From assembly GCA_965262985.1 (NCBI GenBank), contig OZ253576.1, forward strand, positions 132,480 to 196,479: a stretch of DNA of 64,000 bases. The letters run 5' to 3'. The translations under genes were made by a program, and so were the position numbers. Numbering within the stretch: position 1 is the first letter of the stretch; each line of letters begins with the position of its first letter. The DNA is from Vicinamibacterales bacterium. GTDB lineage: Bacteria; Acidobacteriota; Vicinamibacteria; Vicinamibacterales; UBA8438. Positions 45,320-53,696 of the stretch are shown one piece after another. Below the pieces are notes generated by a model that was not told the origin of the DNA, did no database searches, and saw only the letters and a program-made list of their open reading frames with translations.

Positions 45320-47425
45320 CTAGGCCAGCGACGCGAACCCGTTGCCCTGCGCGGCGAGCCGCTGCAGCAGCGGCGCCGGTTCGAGCCAGTCGCCGTGCTG
45401 GTCGTAGAGGCGGCTCATCACGTCGTAGATGGTCTGCAGCCCGACGAGGTCGGCCCAGAACATCGGGCCGCCGCGGTAGCGCGGGAAGCCGTAGCCGTAC
45501 ATCCAGATGACGTCGATATCGCCGGCGCGCAGTGCGAGACCTTCCTCGAGAATCTTGGCCCCCTCGTTCACGAGCGGGTAAAGGCAGCGCTCCAGGATCT
45601 CCTGGTCGGTCACTTCGCGGCGTGTGAATCCGTTCTCCTTCGAGATCTCCAGGATCAGGTTGTCGACGATCGGGTCCGGCAGCGGGGTGCGGCTGCCCGC
45701 CTCGTAGCGGAACCAGCCGGCGCCGGTCTTCTGACCGAAGCGGCCCAGCTCGCAGACCCGATCGGCCACCGTGGAATAGCGCAGATGCCGGGGGCGGGTC
45801 GCCGCCTGCCGCTGGCGGATCAGCCGGCCGACGTCGAGCCCGGCCAGGTCGCCCATGGCATAGGGGCCCATCGGCATCCCGAAGTCGTAGATCACCTTGT
45901 CGATCTGCGCGGGCAGGGCGCCCTCTTCGAGCAGGAAGTCCGACTGCCGGCGGTAGGCGTAGAGCATCCGGTTGCCGACGAAGCCGTCGCAGACCCCGAC
46001 CAGGACGCCCACCTTGCCGATCGTCTTCGACAGCTTCATGATGGTCGCGATGGTCTCCGGCGACGACTGGTCGCCCCGGACGTTTTCCATGAGCTTCATG
46101 ACGTTCGCCGGGCTGAAGAAGTGGGTGCCGATGACCTTGTCCGGCCGACTGGTGGCGGCGGCGATTTCGTTGACGTCCAACGTGGAGGTGTTGCTGGCCA
46201 GGATCGCCTCGGGCTTGCAGGCGGCGTCGAGCTTGGCGAACACCTCTTTTTTCAAGGCCATGTCCTCGAATACCGCCTCGATCACGACGTCGGCCGTTCC
46301 CAGGTCGGCGTAATCCACCGTGGGCGAGATCAGACCGAGCCGCCGGTCCATCTCGGCCTGCGAGAGCCGGCCTTTTGAGACGGTGGCGGCATAGTTCTTG
46401 CGAATGATGGCCAGCCCCTTGTCCAGCGCGTCCGCGGAGACCTCGAAGACCGAGACCGGGATGCCGGCATTCGCGAAGTTCATCGCGATGCCGCCACCCA
46501 TCGTGCCGCAGCCGATGACCGCCGCCGACGCCACGGGCCGGGCCGGTGTGCCCTTCGGCACATCCGGAATCTTGCCCGCGGCGCGCTCGGCGAAGAACGC
46601 GTGCCGTTGCGCTTTCGACTGATCGGACGGCAGCAGCCGCCGGAAGGTCGCGCGTTCGTTGCGCAGCCCCTCCCGGAACGGCAGATTCACGGCCGCCTCC
46701 ACGCAGTCCACGCAGGCGTACGGCGCCTCGAAGCCGCGCGCCCGCCGCGCCATCTTCTTTCGGAAGTCGTCGAACACCGCGGTCCGGCCGCGGGTCTCGC
46801 TCACCTTGTCGTCGAGCGCGGAGGCCCGTCGAATCGGCCGGCCTTCGGCAACCGCCCGCCGCGCGTGCGCGACGGCGGCGTCGACGACGTCACCCTCGAC
46901 GATCTTGTCGATGAGCCCGAGCCGTGCGGCCGTCGCGGCCGGAAGAATCCGGCCGCCGGTGATGGCGTCGAGCGCCGCCGGTACGCCGATCAGCCGCGGC
47001 AGCCGCTGGGTGCCGCCCGCCCCCGGCACGATGCCCAGCGTCACCTCGGGCAAGCCGATGCGCGTGCCGGCGGCGGCCAGCCGGACATGGCATCCGAGCG
47101 CCACCTCGCAGCCGCCGCCGAGCGCCACCCCGTGGATCGCGGCGACGATCGGTTTCTCCAGCGCCTCCATCTCGTCGATCAGATCCGGCAGGTTCGGCGT
47201 ACCGGGAGGAGGTGTCTGGTCGAACTCCCTGATGTCGGCGCCGCCGCTGAACATCCTGCCGTCGCCGGTGATGACCAGCGCCCGCACGCCGTCGTCGGCG
47301 GCGGCGGCGCGAAGCGCGGCCTGCAATCCGGAGCGCACCGCAATGCCGAGGCCGTTCACGGGCGGGTTCCTGAGCGTGATGACGGCCACGCCGTCGCGGT
47401 TCGAGACGGTTACTGCATCGGACAC
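45320..47425 (-). CDS. Fused enoyl-CoA hydratase / 3-hydroxyacyl-CoA dehydrogenase (FadB/FadJ-like)
   Basis: The start is GTG 47425. The N-terminal crotonase part shows NPPVNGL and FSGGADIREF. The central part has IGCGTMGGGIA (NAD Rossmann) and HFFSPANVMKL. Confidence 0.9.
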   Translation of the reverse strand: MSDAVTVSNRDGVAVITLRNPPVNGLGIAVRSGLQAALRAAAADDGVRALVITGDGRMFSGGADIREFDQTPPPGTPNLPDLIDEMEALEKPIVAAIHGVALGGGCEVALGCHVRLAAAGTRIGLPEVTLGIVPGAGGTQRLPRLIGVPAALDAITGGRILPAATAARLGLIDKIVEGDVVDAAVAHARRAVAEGRPIRRASALDDKVSETRGRTAVFDDFRKKMARRARGFEAPYACVDCVEAAVNLPFREGLRNERATFRRLLPSDQSKAQRHAFFAERAAGKIPDVPKGTPARPVASAAVIGCGTMGGGIAMNFANAGIPVSVFEVSADALDKGLAIIRKNYAATVSKGRLSQAEMDRRLGLISPTVDYADLGTADVVIEAVFEDMALKKEVFAKLDAACKPEAILASNTSTLDVNEIAAATSRPDKVIGTHFFSPANVMKLMENVRGDQSSPETIATIMKLSKTIGKVGVLVGVCDGFVGNRMLYAYRRQSDFLLEEGALPAQIDKVIYDFGMPMGPYAMGDLAGLDVGRLIRQRQAATRPRHLRYSTVADRVCELGRFGQKTGAGWFRYEAGSRTPLPDPIVDNLILEISKENGFTRREVTDQEILERCLYPLVNEGAKILEEGLALRAGDIDVIWMYGYGFPRYRGGPMFWADLVGLQTIYDVMSRLYDQHGDWLEPAPLLQRLAAQGNGFASLA

Positions 47426-48982
47426 CTAGATCAACTCCTCTTCTACCGGTTTGTCACCCGAGAGCATTGCGTAGAAGTCCTCGCGGACGCCGTCCTGGCC
47501 GGTCAACGACGACACGAGGGGCACGACGAACAGCGGGACGAAGAACGTCAGATACGAAGGGTCGATACCCTCTCCGCCGACGGTGAAACAGTACACGAGA
47601 ATCTCTCGCAGGACACCGGATCCCTCGGGCGCGGCGAACCCGGCGGCCAGCGCGATCTTGATCAGCGCGAACCAGATCAATCCGGATGCATACCCGCTCG
47701 CCATGCCCCAGTAGGCGCCCTGCTCGGTGGTCCGCGGCCAGTACACGAGATAGCCGAGCGCCACGGCGGGCGGTACCACCATGGCGAACCCGAAGAGCAG
47801 CAGATCGAGTATCGAGATGGTGGTGTAGGTGGCGACCAGCCAGGCGGCGACGGCGGCGGCGAAGGCGTAGATTGTCGTCGTGATGCGATATGCCTTGAGC
47901 CGCTGTTCGGATGAATAATTTCTTGTGAATGGCAACCAGTCGCGGACGAACATCGTCGCGCTCGACAACAGTATTGGGCCGCCGGAGGAGATGACCGCCG
48001 CCAGGACGGCGGCGAGGGCGATACCGCCGACGACTGGACTGATCTCCGACGCCAGCGTCGTCAGATTACGGTATCCGCCGAGTCCGGTGTCGAGGCCGTA
48101 GCGGGCGGCGGTCAGAATGCCAATCAGACCCGCCAGGATCGGCATCGCCGCGGCGATCAGTCCCGCCAGCAGAAACGCCGGTGCGATCTGACGCTCGGAT
48201 CGGGCCGCGGTCGAGTAGTTGGTGTATACCGAGGCGGCCGGCGTGTGCACCGCGGCCGAAAAGAACATGCCGAAGACCGGCAGCCAGCCGGCGCCGGCGA
48301 AGCCCCACCAGGCGACCTCGTCTTGCGACGCTGCCGCGAGGTGGCCGCCGATGGTATCCGTGACCTGGTCCCACCCGCCCAGTTGGCCGATGCCCATCAG
48401 CCCGACCGTCGCCAGCCCGACGAGCACCACGGTGCAGTGGATGAGGTTGGTGACCGCCGTGCCCCACAGCCCGCCGAGCGAGACGTAGGTCGCGAAGATG
48501 ATCGCCGCCACCAGGACTCCGCCCAGCATCGGCAGCGGTGTCAGGGTGCTGAGGATGACGCCGATGACGTAAGCCTCGATCAGATTGACGATGGCGTACT
48601 CCGTCTGCACGCACAGGCTCGTCAGCCATTGGCAGCGGCGATGCCGGAAGCGGATCGTGAACAGCTCACCGACCGTGTGCAGCTTGAAACGGCGGAAGTA
48701 GACGCCGAAGAACAGGCCGACGATCGCCAGGGCCAGGAACGCATTGATGCCGTACCACCACAGGTTCCAGACGCCGCCGCTGATGACGTCGCCCGCGACG
48801 CCGTAGGTGCCGGCGCCGCCGATCCGTGTGCCCGCGATGCCGACGGCGATCAGCGTGGTGGACATGCCTCCGCTGGCGACCGCCCAGCCGGCGGAGTTGC
48901 GCGCCCGGCGCGCCATGAGGCTGCCGGCGGCGGTCGCCCCCACGAGATAGACGACGATCGTCGTCAACGCGATGGCATCCAT
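47426..48982 (-). CDS. Sodium:solute symporter family transporter
   Basis: The 518-aa protein has about 13 hydrophobic segments and an SSF-like N-terminus (IVVYLVGATAAGSLMARR...). Its stop abuts the downstream GTG with 0 nt gap. Confidence 0.85.
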   Translation of the reverse strand: MDAIALTTIVVYLVGATAAGSLMARRARNSAGWAVASGGMSTTLIAVGIAGTRIGGAGTYGVAGDVISGGVWNLWWYGINAFLALAIVGLFFGVYFRRFKLHTVGELFTIRFRHRRCQWLTSLCVQTEYAIVNLIEAYVIGVILSTLTPLPMLGGVLVAAIIFATYVSLGGLWGTAVTNLIHCTVVLVGLATVGLMGIGQLGGWDQVTDTIGGHLAAASQDEVAWWGFAGAGWLPVFGMFFSAAVHTPAASVYTNYSTAARSERQIAPAFLLAGLIAAAMPILAGLIGILTAARYGLDTGLGGYRNLTTLASEISPVVGGIALAAVLAAVISSGGPILLSSATMFVRDWLPFTRNYSSEQRLKAYRITTTIYAFAAAVAAWLVATYTTISILDLLLFGFAMVVPPAVALGYLVYWPRTTEQGAYWGMASGYASGLIWFALIKIALAAGFAAPEGSGVLREILVYCFTVGGEGIDPSYLTFFVPLFVVPLVSSLTGQDGVREDFYAMLSGDKPVEEELI

Positions 48983-49003
48983 CAGCCGGGGTGCGCCCGG
49001 GCG

Positions 49004-49555
49004 TCAATCCCGAGCGGTCAGCGCCGCCAGAATGGCGTCGAGTGCGTCGCGGGCCTTGCCCCGCATCTCGTCATCGGTAGCGTCTTGAATCGGGTGGGGC
49101 ACGAACACCGACTGCGCGGCCAGGTCCGGCATGCCTAACGCGTCTGCCTGGGTCTCGGCGGCATCGACGAATTCGGACGAGGCGATCATCACCGACGGGA
49201 TGCCGCGCGCCTCGTAGTCGACCAGGTCGTGCACACTGCACGACGTGCAGGACCCTCAATCGGCCAGCGCCTGGATCACCGCCTGACAGCGCGCACCGAC
49301 CTCCTCTCGCAGGTCCGCCGGCGCCGGCTTCGTATAGGTTGGCTTGCGCAACCGGATGATGTCGAGGTCGGGGAACCGGCCGGACAGCAGGCGGGCGACT
49401 TCGTCGAGGAACACGTCGCCGCGCGGCTTCGCAATGTCGATTAGGCCCAGCTTCCCGGCCAGCGCTGCGGGCCGCGCAGCGAGCCGGCGTCCGATGGGCG
49501 CCTGTTCGTGGGTGGGGTCCAGTATGACGATGGACTCGGTCATTCGATCTGTCAT
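49004..49555 (-). CDS. UGSC-motif selenoprotein, paralog 2 (in-frame UGA at 49256-49258), 183 aa
   Basis: Track ORFs 49256..49555 and 49004..49234 are in frame. Read-through gives ...AVIQALAD-U-GSCTSCSVHDLVDYEARGIPSVMIA.... It is the same length as the 35470..36021 protein. Confidence 0.75.
49226..49258 (-). promoter_or_regulatory. Candidate SECIS element (UGA plus hairpin)
   Basis: On the minus strand the sequence reads UGA GGGUCCUGCAC [GUCGUGCA GUG UGCACGAC]. This is an 8-bp perfect stem. The block is 36/37 nt identical to locus 1, and the only change is in the loop. Confidence 0.6.
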
Positions 49556-49628
49556 GGATCCTGACCGTGGGACTGTATCACCAAGTCGGTGCTCGACCGT
49601 AGCGCCGCCGGCCGGGCGCCGGCCCCAG

Positions 49629-51260
49629 TCACGAGCAGATTGCCCGTGTCACCGCCATCGAGCCGGCGGTCCCGCTGGCCCAGCCGCCAAGAAACGCCGA
49701 GAACTTGCCGGCCGTGCCGCCGCCGACCATGATGAGAATGTCTTCGTTCCGCTGGAACTTCGGCAGCGCGGTCTCGAGTCCCGCGGCAGTCGGCCGGCCA
49801 TCCGCGCCGAGCAGCTCCCTGGGCACGGCGCCCAGCGCCATGCCTTTCCGGCACTCGTCGTTGGGCAGCAGCTCGCGCAGCGGGCGCGCAGTCACTTCCT
49901 GAATCCGGGCCCGCAGATCCGCCTTGGAGTAGCCGTCCCGTTCGAAGGTCCTGGCGTGCTCGGGGCTGACCACCAGCAGCACCTCGCCCATCCCGTGCAG
50001 TTTCGGATGCGCCATGGCGTCCAGGCACAGGCCCATGCTCGCACCGAGCGACCGCGCGGTGCGGGAAAGCTGGTCGCGGATGGCCCTGGGCGCCTCGCCG
50101 GCGAACAGGGTCACCGTGCTGGTGCCGGCCGGGAAGCCCCGCTCGACATGCAACGGCTCCCAGCAGCTCGTTTCCTCGCGCTCGCCGACGCAGCAGGTGA
50201 ACTTGCCCGGTTGCCCGAGCGTGGACATGTCGACGCCGCCCGGTCTGCCCCCGCCGACGTTCCGCACGACCAGTTGCAGGGCGCGGCCGATTGTCGCGTT
50301 GGCCCGGAACCCCTGCCCGAACAGGTTGCGGCCGCAGTTGAGACCGATCTCGTGCCGGATCGGACCGTTGACGACAATGACCGGTGTGGCGAAATAGGTG
50401 GTCGCCAGGACGCCGTGCAGATTGAACTCGTCGGTGCAGGCCGCCTCGGCCGCGGCGATGACCACCGGCAGATACTCGGGCCGGCAGCCGGCCATCACGG
50501 TGTTCACGGCGATCTTCTCCACCGTCGCCGGCGCCAGGTTCGGCGGCACGTGCGCGACGATGTCTGACGCGGCCCGGGTCGTGCCCTCGAGCATCGCCAG
50601 GACGCGCGCCTCGGTCGGCGGCACCACGGGCAGACCGTCATCGAGCCCCTGTGACGCCATGAACTCGAAGGAGTCGTCGCTGACTGGAATGCGCACCCGC
50701 CTCGAACTCAATTTGGCCGCCCCGCGACGGACCGCGCGCCGGCGCGCGACATCCGGGTCATGGACCTTCGACGCGCAGCCGGGGCGATGGTCCGGCAACT
50801 CGTCGATGCCCTCGATGACCGGTGCGGCGGCGCCGCAGCACTCGGCCGCCCGTTCGATCAGCGCCTGAAGGTCCGCCTTGGCGAAACCCTCGAAGCTGCA
50901 CAGCACCTCGCGGCCTGCGCCAACCAGGACGACCGCCGGCACCGCGTCGAATCCGTAGTCGGACGACACATCGAGGTCACGGTCCAGCGCGACCGTGAAG
51001 CTCAGACCGTGCCGCTCGACGACGAGGCTCGTCTCTGCCGCGTCGTCCTGCGAGACCCCGACGGTCCGCAGTCCGTGGGAGGCGAGCGCCTGGTGAATCT
51101 GTTCGATCAGCGGCGCCGTGAGATGGCAGGTCGCGCAGTCGCGCTTGAAGAAGAAGAGCAGGGTGCGCGCCGCGTCGTCATCCAAGTCGACGGCGGCGCC
51201 ACGAGGGTCCGCGAGAGAGAAGGCCGGCGCCAAAGCGCCAGTGGTCGCCAATTCGGACAT
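49629..51260 (-). CDS. Thioredoxin-fold (redoxin/AhpC-TSA-like, CxxC) domain fused to the UGSC-partner domain
   Basis: The N-terminal ~150 aa read APAFSLADPRG...LLFFFKRDCATCHL...GVSQDD...FDAVPAVVLV. The remaining ~390 aa are homologous to 37167..38279. Confidence 0.8.
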   Translation of the reverse strand: MSELATTGALAPAFSLADPRGAAVDLDDDAARTLLFFFKRDCATCHLTAPLIEQIHQALASHGLRTVGVSQDDAAETSLVVERHGLSFTVALDRDLDVSSDYGFDAVPAVVLVGAGREVLCSFEGFAKADLQALIERAAECCGAAAPVIEGIDELPDHRPGCASKVHDPDVARRRAVRRGAAKLSSRRVRIPVSDDSFEFMASQGLDDGLPVVPPTEARVLAMLEGTTRAASDIVAHVPPNLAPATVEKIAVNTVMAGCRPEYLPVVIAAAEAACTDEFNLHGVLATTYFATPVIVVNGPIRHEIGLNCGRNLFGQGFRANATIGRALQLVVRNVGGGRPGGVDMSTLGQPGKFTCCVGEREETSCWEPLHVERGFPAGTSTVTLFAGEAPRAIRDQLSRTARSLGASMGLCLDAMAHPKLHGMGEVLLVVSPEHARTFERDGYSKADLRARIQEVTARPLRELLPNDECRKGMALGAVPRELLGADGRPTAAGLETALPKFQRNEDILIMVGGGTAGKFSAFLGGWASGTAGSMAVTRAICS

Positions 51261-51270
51261 GGAGTGACGG

Positions 51271-52194
51271 CTATTGCGCTGGCGGCGGCTGCATCCGTCG
51301 ATCTCCGAACAGGGCTACGTTGTAGTCGCCCGCGACGCCGGCGCCAATCCGGTCGCCCGGCGTGTCGGTCGGGCGTTCATAGATGACCCGGTAGCGGGGG
51401 GCCATGGCGTCGAAGTGTTCACCCATCTTGGTGGCGAACTCGGCCAGAGTATCCACCAGCGCCGTCGCCGAGTTCATGGTCCTGAACAGACCGCCCGTAT
51501 TCCGGGTGAGGAACGGCGACACCGTGGTCTGTATACCGCCCGCCTGACTCGAGAGCTGGCTCTGCAGCACGATCGCGTGCACCGTGACGCCGTGCACCAT
51601 CAGGTCGAAGGTGAACTGGTTGAACTGGTCTTCGTTCATGTTGCCGCTCGTCTCCGGGCCGTCGGTGAGCACCATGACGAATACCGGCCACGCCTCGGTC
51701 TTGTCGAAGTCGCGGTCCCACGTTTCCGTCAATCCGGCGATCATCTTGGAGCCGCCCGAGCCGACGAACAGCCCATCGGCGGCGTTCCGCAACGCGTCGC
51801 GATCGGTCGTGAAGTCCTGGAGCAGCCGCCGATTACCGGCGATGGCGTACATCGCCACCTCGTGCTGCGGGGGCAGCAGGTTCATGAACCCGATCAACCC
51901 GTTGCGTAGCGAGCTGATGCCGTTGGCAGTCGAGATCATTTCGCTGTTGTCCACCAGCATGACGATCTTCATTGGGGTGGTGCCGGGCGTGGCGGAGAGG
52001 ATGGTCATGTCGATCTCATCCTCCTGGACCTGGAAGCTGCCGGGCTCGAGATCGGGCACCGGCGCTCCTGCCTGGTCGGTGACCGAGATGAAGATCTGGC
52101 CTTGGCGATTCTCAGGCGTCTGCGCGGCGGCGGCACTCGCGACGACGACGAGCAAAAGGATGCACAGAGACTGTAACGCTCGATGAGTATGCAT
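51271..52194 (-). CDS. Secreted VWA-domain protein, tandem paralog 1
   Basis: It has a signal peptide. KIVMLVDNSEM resembles the DxSxS MIDAS region. VFVMVLTDGPE is present. It is similar along its whole length to 52545..53687. Confidence 0.8.
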   Translation of the reverse strand: MHTHRALQSLCILLLVVVASAAAAQTPENRQGQIFISVTDQAGAPVPDLEPGSFQVQEDEIDMTILSATPGTTPMKIVMLVDNSEMISTANGISSLRNGLIGFMNLLPPQHEVAMYAIAGNRRLLQDFTTDRDALRNAADGLFVGSGGSKMIAGLTETWDRDFDKTEAWPVFVMVLTDGPETSGNMNEDQFNQFTFDLMVHGVTVHAIVLQSQLSSQAGGIQTTVSPFLTRNTGGLFRTMNSATALVDTLAEFATKMGEHFDAMAPRYRVIYERPTDTPGDRIGAGVAGDYNVALFGDRRMQPPPAQ

Positions 52195-52225
52195 GTGTCA
52201 ATTCTACCTTACAGGGGGAGCGGGT

Positions 52226-52529
52226 CTAGCAGCCCGTGGCAAAAGCCCCGCTGCATGCGATCCCCGCAGAATTCAGCCTTCCCCCGCAGAATTCAGCCTT
52301 CCCCGCGGAATTCTGCTGAGCGTCATTGTTCCGGCTGACGAACAGGGCAACCACAAGGGTTGCCCCTACAGGTATTTTCCCGCAGAATTCTGCTGTGCGT
52401 CGTTGTTCCGGCTGACGAACAGGGCAACCACAAGGGTTGCCCCTACAGGTATGCTCCCGCTTCTCGCCTTGCTCAGCGGGCGCATCGCTGATCTCGGTGC
52501 AACGCGGGGTTCTGCCACGGGCTGCTGGT
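52226..52529 (-). mobile_element. MITE-like element whose core is replaced or interrupted by ~230 bp carrying two REP hairpins
   Basis: The left end is ctagcagcccgtggcaaaagccccgctgcat (R-type arm). The right end is gatctcggtgcaacgcggggttctgccacgggctgctgg (L-type arm). Inside are two ~77-bp direct repeats, each with GGGCAACC-ACAAG-GGTTGCCCCTAC (52345-52369 and 52422-52446) and GCAGAATTCTGC palindromes. Confidence 0.8.
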
Positions 52530-52544
52530 GAGCAGATCTTCGTA

Positions 52545-53687
52545 CTACAGTCCGGACTGGGTCTTGCCGATCAACGCGTCGTTCTGGAACATCGCACTCA
52601 TGTTCGAGGAGTCAGGGTTGGCCCACTGATACAACACGGTCGTGGTTCCCGCCAGCGTCCACTGACCCATTTCCGTACCCTCCGCGCCGACGATTTCGAC
52701 GACTTGGGCATAGGTCATGCCCTCCTCGACGCGGACGAACGCTTCACCCTCCACGATCCGGGGCATCGCGGCGCGATCCAGCAGCTTTCGATCTGCGAAC
52801 GGCCGTACCTGGAAGCCGCCGATGACCCCCACGCGGACCTGCGCGCCCGGGGTATCGCTCGGGCGTTCGTAGGTGATCCGGTAGCGGGTCGCCATCTCGT
52901 CGAAATGGTCACCGATGAGGGTGCCGAACTCGGCCACCGCCTCGGACATCAACGGCGCCGTGTTGACCATCCTGACCAGACCGCCCGTGGTCTCGGCGAG
53001 GAACGGCGCTGCCTGGGTCTGGAAGCCGCCCGCCTGGCCCCCGAGCTGGTTCTGCAAGAGCACCGCATGCACCGTGGCGCCGTTCATGATCAGGTCGACG
53101 ACCAAGGCGTTGACCTGGTCTTCGTTGATGTTGCTGCTCGTCTCCGGACCGTCCGTGAGCACCAGGAACACCACGGGCCACGCTTCCGTGCGGTCGAAGC
53201 GGCGCTCCCAGGTATCGAACAGGCCTTCCATCATCCTGACGCCGCCCGTAGTGGGAAACACCCCGTCGGCGGCGTTCCGCAACGCGTCGCGATCGGTCGT
53301 GAAGCCCAGGAGCTCCAGAGGACTGCCGCCGACGGAATACAGCGCCACCTCGTGCTGCGGGGGCAGCCGGTTCAGGAACTCGGTCAACCCGGTGCGCAGC
53401 GAGGGGATGGCGTTGAGCGACGTGATCATTTCGCTGTTGTCCACCAGAATGGCGATCTTCATCGGGGTCGTGCCGGCATGGGCGGAGAGGATCTTCATGA
53501 CCGCTCCGTCCTCCTCGATGCGGAAGCTCTCGGGGACCAGGTTGGCAACCGGCTGTCCGGCCCCATCAGTGACCGCTGCGTAGAGCTGGCCCAGGCGCTG
53601 CGCATGCGTTTGTGGCGCCGCCGCCATCATGACGCCACACACCAGAACGACGACACAAAGAGACGGGAACGCTCGATGGGTAGTCAT
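52545..53687 (-). CDS. Secreted VWA-domain protein, tandem paralog 2 (with a ~75-aa C-terminal extension)
   Basis: It has a signal peptide. KIAILVDNSEM and VVFLVLTDGPE are present. It is paralogous to 51271..52194. Confidence 0.8.
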   Translation of the reverse strand: MTTHRAFPSLCVVVLVCGVMMAAAPQTHAQRLGQLYAAVTDGAGQPVANLVPESFRIEEDGAVMKILSAHAGTTPMKIAILVDNSEMITSLNAIPSLRTGLTEFLNRLPPQHEVALYSVGGSPLELLGFTTDRDALRNAADGVFPTTGGVRMMEGLFDTWERRFDRTEAWPVVFLVLTDGPETSSNINEDQVNALVVDLIMNGATVHAVLLQNQLGGQAGGFQTQAAPFLAETTGGLVRMVNTAPLMSEAVAEFGTLIGDHFDEMATRYRITYERPSDTPGAQVRVGVIGGFQVRPFADRKLLDRAAMPRIVEGEAFVRVEEGMTYAQVVEIVGAEGTEMGQWTLAGTTTVLYQWANPDSSNMSAMFQNDALIGKTQSGL

Positions 53688-53696
53688 GTGTCAAGT

